In this document: one piece after another, positions 57,266 to 64,000 of the stretch
Layout: every line of letters starts with the position of its first letter
Numbering within the stretch: position 1 is the stretch's first letter
Source of the DNA: Alphaproteobacteria bacterium
GTDB taxonomy: Bacteria > Pseudomonadota > Alphaproteobacteria > UBA828
Assembly (NCBI GenBank): GCA_963422645.2
Contig: CAXXVO010000002.1
Location: 64,001 to 128,000, forward strand
DNA length: 64,000 nt
Reading direction: 5' to 3'
Made by a program: the position numbers and the translations under genes
Notes under the pieces: generated by a model
What the model saw: only the letters and a program-made list of their open reading frames with translations
The model's database searches: none
What the model was told of the DNA's origin: nothing

Positions 57266-59344
57266 TCAGCCCTCGATCTTCGAGAAGTCGGCGACGCGAT
57301 CCAGCGTGCGGCGAATTTGTGAGAGCATCAGCAGCCGGTTGCGGCGCTTCGCGGGATCATCAACGCAGTTGACCGTTACGTTGTCGAAGAAGGCATCGAC
57401 TGGCTCGCGGAGCGTAGCCATGGCCGCCATCGCTTCCCCGAATTCTTCTTTCCCGAGCGCGTCTTCGGCGCGCTTGTTGGCCTCGTCGATACGTCTACGT
57501 AGGGAGCGCTCCTCGGGCTCGACGAAGAGCGATTCGTTCGCATACCCACCATAGCGCTGGCCGTCCTTCTTCCCCTCGATGCGGACGATATTCGCGGCGC
57601 GACGATAGGCGATCAGCAGATTGGCGCCGTCATCCCTTTCGAGGAAGTGCTCGAGCGCATCGATGCGCGCTAGCAGGCGCACCAGATCGTCCTCAATCCG
57701 GTCCTCAAAGACGGCACTCACGAGGTCGTGCCGCATGCCCTTGTCACGCAGGTGTACCCTGAGCCGGTCGGCGAAGAAGGTAAGCAGCGAATAGCACGTG
57801 GCATTAATCCCAGGCTCGGGCGGCAGCAACTTACCGTAGCCAGCGAGCGCCTCCCTGAACGCTTCGTCGAGCGGTAGACGCAGTTTGTTCTCGATGACAA
57901 TGCGGATTACGCCGAGTGCGGCACGGCGCAGCGCGAAGGGATCCTTCGAACCGGTCGGCCGCTCGTCGATGGCGAAGAAACCGGCGAGCGTATCGAGTTT
58001 GTCCGCGAGCGCCACGGCGACGCTCACCGGCGCAGTCGGACACGGTTCGTCCGGGCCTCGCGGCGCGTAGTGCTCGCGGATGGCCTTGTACACAGCCTCT
58101 TCCTCACCATCGTCGCGCGCGTAGTAGCACCCCATAATTCCCTGCAAGTCGGGGAACTCGCCCACCATTTCGGTCACGAGGTCGGCCTTACAGAGGGTGC
58201 CCGCCAGCGCCGCGTCGTCCGGGTTGGCGCCTGGAATCGCCGGACATAGTACGCGGGCCAGCCCTTCGATGCGTCGGGACTTGTCGGCCATCGTGCCGAG
58301 GCGCGCATGGAAAATGACACCTCTCAGGCCCGTCAAGTTTTCTTCCAGCAGTCGGCGCCTGTCTTGGCCCCAGAAGAAGCGGGCATCGGCGAGGCGGGCG
58401 CGCAGCACTCGTTCGTTGCCGGCAACGACGACGGCGCAATCGTCTTCGGTTTCGACATCGGCGACCATGACGAAGCGGGGCGCCGGCCGGTCGGCATTGT
58501 CGACTAAACCGAAATAACGTTGGTGCTTGCGCATGGCCGAGCGCAGTACTTCGGGAGGCAAATCCATGAAGCGCTCGTCGATGGAGCCCATCCGCACTAC
58601 CGGCCATTCAACGAGACCTGCGTTCTCTCTTAGCAGCCAGTGATCCGAAGAGAAGTTGAGAGCTGCCCTTTTCGCCAACTGACCGGCCTCGTCCGCGATC
58701 TTTTTCGCCCGGACCGGCCAATCCAATACGACCTTGGCCTGCTCAAGCATCTCTACATAGTCACCCGCGTCAGCGACAGTAAGACTGCCGGATGAGAGGA
58801 ATCGATGGCCTAGCGTCGTCCGCCCGCTCTCGACCGTCCCGAAGCGGAAGGGCACGACCGCATCATCCAGCAGGCAGAGGATGGAGCGGATGGGGCGCAC
58901 CCAGCGCACGCCGCTCTCGTCCCACCGCATGGACTTGGGCCAGGAGACGGCGGCCAGTGCCTCGGGCAACAGGTCGGTGAGGAGGTCGGCGGTGGGGCGC
59001 CCCGGCTCCTGTTTGACCGCGAACCACACCGGGCCCTTGGGCGTTTCCCGCTGCTCGCAGTCTTCCAGCGTGAGGCCCGTGGACTTGAGGAAACCCTGGA
59101 TCGCCCTCTCAGGTGCATCGACCCGCGGCCCCTTGCGCTCCACTCTCATGTCGGGCTGCATGTCCGGCAGACCGCGCACCAGCACTGCTAAGCGCCGGGG
59201 CGTCGCGAAATACTCCTCTCCCTTGAAGTCGAGACGTGCCTCTTCCAGCCGGGACAAGACGTGCCGCCTAAGCTCCTTCGCCCCGCCCGCTTGCATGCGC
59301 GCCGGGATTTCCTCGGAGAGCACCTCCAGCAGCAGATCGGGCAT
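57266..59344 (-). CDS. glyS: Glycyl-tRNA synthetase beta subunit
   Basis: SEEIPA, TPRRL, GNERVLRARLADA, GSKDPFALRR, NRL. Confidence 0.96.
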   Translation of the reverse strand: MPDLLLEVLSEEIPARMQAGGAKELRRHVLSRLEEARLDFKGEEYFATPRRLAVLVRGLPDMQPDMRVERKGPRVDAPERAIQGFLKSTGLTLEDCEQRETPKGPVWFAVKQEPGRPTADLLTDLLPEALAAVSWPKSMRWDESGVRWVRPIRSILCLLDDAVVPFRFGTVESGRTTLGHRFLSSGSLTVADAGDYVEMLEQAKVVLDWPVRAKKIADEAGQLAKRAALNFSSDHWLLRENAGLVEWPVVRMGSIDERFMDLPPEVLRSAMRKHQRYFGLVDNADRPAPRFVMVADVETEDDCAVVVAGNERVLRARLADARFFWGQDRRRLLEENLTGLRGVIFHARLGTMADKSRRIEGLARVLCPAIPGANPDDAALAGTLCKADLVTEMVGEFPDLQGIMGCYYARDDGEEEAVYKAIREHYAPRGPDEPCPTAPVSVAVALADKLDTLAGFFAIDERPTGSKDPFALRRAALGVIRIVIENKLRLPLDEAFREALAGYGKLLPPEPGINATCYSLLTFFADRLRVHLRDKGMRHDLVSAVFEDRIEDDLVRLLARIDALEHFLERDDGANLLIAYRRAANIVRIEGKKDGQRYGGYANESLFVEPEERSLRRRIDEANKRAEDALGKEEFGEAMAAMATLREPVDAFFDNVTVNCVDDPAKRRNRLLMLSQIRRTLDRVADFSKIEG

Positions 59345-59347
59345 GTC

Positions 59348-60220
59348 CTAGGCCGCTCCCGCCAGCCAGGCCTCGCAGCAGGCCTTGGCCAGCGCGCGGA
59401 CGCGGCCGATGTAGGCGGCGCGTTCCACCACGCTGATTGCACCCCGCGCGTCCAGCAGGTTGAAGAGGTGGCTCGCCTTCATGCACTGGTCGTAGGCCGG
59501 CAGCGCCAGCGGCTTCTCACCTCCGAGCAGGGCCCTGCACTCGGCCTCCGCGTCCTCGAAGTGGCGGCGCAGGCGGTCGACATCGGCGTGCTCGAAGTTG
59601 AAGGCTGAGAACTCGCGCTCGGCGCGCAGGAACACGTCGCCGTATCGGGTGCCGTGGCCGTCCCAATCGAGGTCGTAGACGTTGTCGACCCCCTGCACGT
59701 ACATGGCCAAGCGCTCCATGCCGTAGGTGAGCTCGACCGGGACCGGGTCGCAGTCGATCCCCCCCACCTGCTGGAAGTAAGTGAACTGGGTCACCTCCAT
59801 CCCGTCGCACCAGACCTCCCAGCCGAGGCCCCAGGCGCCTAGCGTCGGGCTCTCCCAATCGTCCTCGACGAAACGGATGTCGTGGGCGTGGACGTCGATG
59901 CCGAGCACCCCCAGGCTGCCGAGATACTGGTCCTGCACGTCCTCGGGCGCGGGCTTCATGATCACTTGGAACTGGTAGTAGTGCTGGAGCCGGTTGGGGT
60001 TCTCGCCGTAGCGCCCGTCGCCGGGCCGGCGCGAGGGCTGGACGTAGGCCGCGCGCCAGGGCTCAGGCCCGAGGCTGCGCAGCGTGGTCGCGGGATGGAA
60101 GGTGCCGGCGCCCACCTCCATGTCGTAGGGCTGCAGGATGACGCAGCCCCGCTCGGCCCAATAGGCCTGCAGGCCAAGGATGAGCGACTGGAACGACCGG
60201 TCGCGACTGTTGGCGTCCAT
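59348..60220 (-). CDS. glyQ: Glycyl-tRNA synthetase alpha subunit
   Basis: [33 protein letters not shown]. Confidence 0.97.
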   Translation of the reverse strand: MDANSRDRSFQSLILGLQAYWAERGCVILQPYDMEVGAGTFHPATTLRSLGPEPWRAAYVQPSRRPGDGRYGENPNRLQHYYQFQVIMKPAPEDVQDQYLGSLGVLGIDVHAHDIRFVEDDWESPTLGAWGLGWEVWCDGMEVTQFTYFQQVGGIDCDPVPVELTYGMERLAMYVQGVDNVYDLDWDGHGTRYGDVFLRAEREFSAFNFEHADVDRLRRHFEDAEAECRALLGGEKPLALPAYDQCMKASHLFNLLDARGAISVVERAAYIGRVRALAKACCEAWLAGAA

Positions 60221-60319
60221 CGAAGGGCGATTCGGGTGAATGGGCGGGCGGATAATGCCCCCCGCTGGGGCGGCGGTCAACCGCGCGGATGCCCCGCGGC
60301 CGCCGCGGAAGCGCGTGCG

Positions 60320-60469
60320 TTAGCGGTTGTCGTCGATGTTCTGGTGCTCCTCGTGCTCGAGCGGCTCCGCGGCCCTGGCCTTGGCGCGCACTCGGCCGAT
60401 TGCCTTGAAGCCGAACCAGACGGCCGCAAGCAGCACCGCGAGGACAAGCAGTTTCATCGGGCTGAACAT
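60320..60469 (-). CDS. Small (49 aa) single-TM protein
   Basis: GGAG SD; MFSPMKLLVLAVLLAAVWFGFKAIGRVRAKARAAEPLEHEEHQNIDDNR; below ORF-track cutoff. Confidence 0.6.
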   Translation of the reverse strand: MFSPMKLLVLAVLLAAVWFGFKAIGRVRAKARAAEPLEHEEHQNIDDNR

Positions 60470-60587
60470 GTTTTACGCTCCCATCACCGAACGCGGCGCG
60501 CGTCACCCGCAGCAGCAGATCTGCCGCCCCGTTCAGCCGCCACTCTGATGCGCCCGTGCGGGCAGGTCAAGTGTTGTCTAAGGAGGG

Positions 60588-61331
60588 GTGGGATTGACGG
60601 TGGGGCGGCGGACGGCCATCGTCCGCCCCGTGCCGCGAGACATCAGTATCGTGATTCCGACCCTCGACGCCGCCCAAGTGCTCGGCGCAACCCTCGTCGG
60701 CATGGCGCCCGGCATCGCCCGGCTCGAAGAGCGTGGGATTGCGGCCGAGGTCGTGGTCGCCGACGGCGGCTCGCGGGACGGCACCGCCGACAACGCCCGC
60801 CGCCACGGCGCGCGGATGGTCGAAGCCGAGGCCGGCCGCGGTCGCCAGCTCTCGGCGGGCGCGGAAGCGGCCGAGGGTGCGTGGCTGCTCTTCCTCCACG
60901 CCGATACGCGCCCGGCGTCGGGCTGGGACGAGGAGGTGAGCGCCTTCATCGCCCAGCCGGCCAATCAGGGCCGCGCGGCCTGCTTCCGCTTCGCCCTCGA
61001 CGACCGGGCCGCTGCCGCGCGGATGCTGGAGCGGCTGGTGGCGCTCAGGTGCTGCCTCTTCGCGCTCCCCTACGGCGACCAGGGACTCTTGATCCACCGC
61101 GGCCTCTATGAGGCGCTGGGCGGCTTCCGCCCCCTGCCCATGATGGAGGATGTCGATTTGGTGCGCCGGATCGGCCGGCGGCGGCTCGTCTACCTGGCGA
61201 CGCCGGCGGTCACCTCGGCCGTGCGCTTTCGGCGCGGGGGCTACCTGCCCCGCATGCTGCGCAACTTCTGCTGCCTGCTGCTCTTCATCTTTGGCGTGCG
61301 GGCCGAGACGGTGGCCAGGCTCTACGGATGA
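60588..61331 (+). CDS. GT2 glycosyltransferase (TIGR04283-like)
   Basis: SIVIPTL, DGGSRDGT, LFLHADT, PYGDQG, MEDV. Confidence 0.88.
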   Translation: MGLTVGRRTAIVRPVPRDISIVIPTLDAAQVLGATLVGMAPGIARLEERGIAAEVVVADGGSRDGTADNARRHGARMVEAEAGRGRQLSAGAEAAEGAWLLFLHADTRPASGWDEEVSAFIAQPANQGRAACFRFALDDRAAAARMLERLVALRCCLFALPYGDQGLLIHRGLYEALGGFRPLPMMEDVDLVRRIGRRRLVYLATPAVTSAVRFRRGGYLPRMLRNFCCLLLFIFGVRAETVARLYG

Positions 61332-62119
61332 GGCCTAACCTCGCGATCTTCCTCAAGGAGCCGAGGCTCGGCCGGGTGAAGGGGCGACTCGCCCGCGATG
61401 TCGGGCAGGCCGAGGCCTGGCTCTTCTATCGGCGGCTGGTGCGCCGGGTGCTGCCGCCGCTCGCCCGCGATGGGCGCTGGAGCGCATGCCTCGCCACCGC
61501 GCCGGACAACTGGCGCGGGCGGGAGCCCTTCTGGCCCTTTGCGCTCCCGTGCCTGCCGCAGGGGCCGGGCGACATCGGCCAGCGCATGCTGCGGGTCTTC
61601 CGCAGTCTGCCGCCGGGGCCGGCGATCATCGTCGGCAGCGATATACCTGACCTCGCGCCGGAGCATGTGGCGCGCGGCTTCACGGCCTTGGGAAGCGCCG
61701 ACATGGTGCTGGGGCCTGCCGAGGACGGCGGCTACTGGCTGATCGGACTCGGGCCGCGCGCACGGACGATCGACCCCTTCAAGGGCGTGCGCTGGTCAAG
61801 CCCGTGGGCGCTCGCCGATACCGAGCGGGGGCTGCCGGCGGGGTTTCGGCTCGCGCTGGTGGACCGCCTCGCCGATGTCGACGACGGCCCTGCGTACCGG
61901 GACTGGCGCGCGCGGGCGAGCGAGGCCTTGCGTCCGTGCACTCAGGCGAGTGCGACGTCCGATTCGCGCGCTCAAGCGAGCGCGACGTCCGATCCGCGCG
62001 CTCAGGAGAGCGCGACGTCCGATCCGCGCGCTCAGGAGAGCGCGACGCACTCGATCTCGATATCGAACTCCATGGGCCAGGACGCCATGGCGACGAAGGT
62101 TCGGGCCGGCGGGTCCTGA
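61328..62119 (+). CDS. DUF2064/TIGR04282-like glycosyltransferase with repeat-extended C-terminus
   Basis: GRVKGRL, QGPGDIGQRM, VGSDIP, GPAEDGGYWLIG, DVDD; ATGA coupling with upstream gene. Confidence 0.85.
   Translation: MRPNLAIFLKEPRLGRVKGRLARDVGQAEAWLFYRRLVRRVLPPLARDGRWSACLATAPDNWRGREPFWPFALPCLPQGPGDIGQRMLRVFRSLPPGPAIIVGSDIPDLAPEHVARGFTALGSADMVLGPAEDGGYWLIGLGPRARTIDPFKGVRWSSPWALADTERGLPAGFRLALVDRLADVDDGPAYRDWRARASEALRPCTQASATSDSRAQASATSDPRAQESATSDPRAQESATHSISISNSMGQDAMATKVRAGGS
61941..62047. repeat. 30-bp tandem repeat, about 3.5 copies
   Basis: Unit CTCAGGAGAGCGCGACGTCCGATCCGCGCG at 61941, 61971, 62001, partial at 62031. Confidence 0.9.
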
Positions 62120-63483
62120 GGGAAGTAGCGGCCGTAGATCTCGTTCACGATCCGGTAGTAGGCCGCGTTGGTGACGAAGACCTGGGTCTTCACCACACGG
62201 TCGAGGGACGACCCTGCGCTCTCCAGCGTGTGCTTCAGCACCTCCATCACCTGCTCGGTCTGCACGTCGATACCGCCCTTCACCATGGTCCCTGAGTCGA
62301 GGTCCAACGGTGGCAGGCCCGAGATGTAGAGGAAGCCGCCTGCGCGCACGCAGGGCGAGAGCGGCACGCCGATTTTGCGCAGCGCGTCGGACAGCTTGGG
62401 GATCTCGACGAACCGCTTATGCACATGGCTCCGGTCGCGAGAGTTTGCCACCAGATGTTGAGGTTGAGGTTAGGGCGGGAGAACGGGTAGAATGTTGCCT
62501 ATACGTTCCTGCCGACGGAGCCACCACATGAAACAGGTCGCCGACAGCCTCCTCGCCTTCCAGCACATGTTCCCGGACGATGACGCCTGCGCCGCCTGGC
62601 TGATCGAAATGCGCTGGCCGGACGGCTTCGTCTGTCCCGCGTGCGGCCATGAAAAGGGATGGGCGCTGCGCAGAAAAGCACACACCTTCGAGTGCGCCGG
62701 CTGCCGCCGGCAGACCTCGGTGACGGCCGGGACGATCCTGCACGCCAGCAAGCTGCCGCTCACCGTCTGGTTCTGGGCCGCCTACCTGATGGCGACCCAC
62801 TCCAACGGCATCTCTGCCCTGCAGCTCCAGAAACAGCTCGGTATCGGCTCTTACCGCAGCGCTTGGCTGCTCGCCCACAAGCTGCGCGCCAGCATGGTCG
62901 ACCCCGAGCGCAACCCGTTGTCGGGCCTGGTGGAAATCGACGAGGCCAGCCTTCCATTCCGGACCAAAGACGATCCTCCCACCGGAGGGCAAGGACGCAG
63001 CCACGACGGCAAGATGCTCATCGTCGGCGCCATCGAACTGGGGGATGGAACCATCCCGGGCCGCCTGCGGCTGGCCGAAATCTCCTCCTACGGCGCCGCC
63101 GACCTCGGACACTTCGTCGAAACCGCCGCCGATCCCGACGCCATCGCGAAAACCGACGGCTGGTCCGGCTACGCTGCGGTCCCCGCCGATCGCCACAATG
63201 TCCATGTCGTCGGGAAGACCGCCGCTCACCTCGTCCTGCCGTGGATCCACCAAGTCTTCTCCAACCTCAAAGGATGGGCGCGAGGCGTCTACCACGGGCT
63301 GCGCCGCAAGCATCTGCAGGCCTATCTCGATGAGTTCGCCTTTCGCTTCAACCGCCGCAAAACCCGCCACGCTGCTTTCCGCTCGCTCTTCCGCATCGCC
63401 ACCAATGCAAAACCCCTTACCTACAGCATGTTGATCGAACCGGAGCCATGTGCATAAGCGGTCTCGACGATTTCCTTCTCCAC
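62032..63483 (-). CDS. RidA/YjgF-family protein interrupted near its 5' end by IS1595 (native start GTG 63483; possible IS-supplied start GTG 62424)
   Basis: YISGLPP, AGSSLDRVVK, PPART, IEIECVA; removing the IS and one TSD gives MEKEIVEIPKL with GGAGG SD. Confidence 0.85.
62412..63462 (+). mobile_element. IS1595-family element (ISSod11-like ends), 1051 bp
   Basis: Perfect 24-bp TIR ACCGCTTATGCACATGGCTCCGGT; TSD CTCGACGA at 62404-62411 and 63463-63470. Confidence 0.93.
62528..63457 (+). CDS. IS1595-family transposase
   Basis: RWPDGFVCPAC..CAGC, VEIDEA, TDGWSGY, SNLK, YLDEFAFRFNRR; upstream TTGAGG-18-TAGAAT; stop lies inside right TIR. Confidence 0.95.
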   Translation: MKQVADSLLAFQHMFPDDDACAAWLIEMRWPDGFVCPACGHEKGWALRRKAHTFECAGCRRQTSVTAGTILHASKLPLTVWFWAAYLMATHSNGISALQLQKQLGIGSYRSAWLLAHKLRASMVDPERNPLSGLVEIDEASLPFRTKDDPPTGGQGRSHDGKMLIVGAIELGDGTIPGRLRLAEISSYGAADLGHFVETAADPDAIAKTDGWSGYAAVPADRHNVHVVGKTAAHLVLPWIHQVFSNLKGWARGVYHGLRRKHLQAYLDEFAFRFNRRKTRHAAFRSLFRIATNAKPLTYSMLIEPEPCA

Positions 63484-63515
63484 CTTCTCCTCCTCTCAGG
63501 ACTCGACCGGTTGAT

Positions 63516-64000
63516 TCAGGCAGCGCCCCGGCGTTCGGTTTCCTGCAGGCGCGGCATCAGCTCGACCAGGTTGCACGGCCGCCAGCGGTAGTCGAGCTGG
63601 TGTTGCAGGATCTTGTCCCAGCCGTCCTTGCAGGCGCCGGGGGAGCCCGGGAGCGCGAACAGGTAAGTGCCGCCGGCGACGCCACCGGTGGTGCGCGATT
63701 GCATCGTGGACGTGCCGATCAGGTCGTAGCTGAGCTGACGGAACAGCTCGCCGAAGCCCGGAATATCCCGCTCGTAGACGTCGTGGAAGGCCTCGGGCGT
63801 CACGTCGCGGCCGGTCACTCCGGTGCCGCCGGTGGCGATTACCACGTCGACCTCCGGGTCGGCGATCCAGCCCCGGAGGGCGGCCACGATCTCGGCCCGC
63901 TCGTCGGGAACGATGCGGCGCTCGGCGACGCGGTGGCCGGCGCCTTCGATCCGCTCCACCAGCACCCGGCCGGAGCGGTCCTCGGCCAGCCCCCGGGTGT
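63516..64000 (-). CDS. moaB: Molybdenum cofactor biosynthesis protein B (5' end outside window)
   Basis: DRSG, TGGTGVTGRDVTPEA, IPGFGELFR, LPGSPGA, PCNLVEL. Confidence 0.93.
   Translation of the reverse strand, partial: TRGLAEDRSGRVLVERIEGAGHRVAERRIVPDERAEIVAALRGWIADPEVDVVIATGGTGVTGRDVTPEAFHDVYERDIPGFGELFRQLSYDLIGTSTMQSRTTGGVAGGTYLFALPGSPGACKDGWDKILQHQLDYRWRPCNLVELMPRLQETERRGAA

Noticed and set aside
61941-62047. Possible CRISPR array
   Set aside because: Head-to-tail 30-bp units without spacers; no cas genes in the window.
60588-62119. Complete arsenosugar or selenium glycosylation cluster
   Set aside because: Only the two glycosyltransferases are present; no radical SAM or methyltransferase partner nearby.

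Overview
High-GC alphaproteobacterial chromosomal window (Rhodospirillales-like gene order; taxonomy is an inference). Positions 1-8330 are a decayed accessory island: a hipA/HTH toxin-antitoxin pair with two promoter operators, an mcrC-like 3' remnant, two truncated transposases fused tail-to-tail, an HU-domain fusion ORF, a large UPF0149-domain protein and an amber-interrupted ORF. The rest is mostly core genome: an M23 endopeptidase with five repeated N-terminal domains, surface-polysaccharide genes, purH, mtnA, purF-cvpA-radA-mlaFE-dnaB, cfa, rplI-rpsR-rpsF, fabD/G-acpP-fabF-mltG-yicC-gmk, rsmA-surA-lptD/G/F, tRNA-Cys, ygfZ, ppdK, glyQS and moaB. It carries three near-identical single-ORF IS66 copies (each with its own 8-bp TSD; two frameshifted) and one IS1595-family element. 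Best leads: (i) the IS1595 terminal repeat supplies an in-frame SD+GTG that rebuilds the ridA N-terminus it displaced at exactly the same length; (ii) an 8-bp tandem repeat whose copy number sets the frame of a capD/wbpM-like gene; (iii) an extensively base-paired ~250-nt non-coding 3' region in the IS66; (iv) an IS66 between dnaB and its DnaA boxes; (v) the five-domain M23 peptidase. No CRISPR array or prophage was seen, and I cannot claim a clearly new multi-gene system; the leads are hypotheses. All family assignments come from motif recognition, not database searches.
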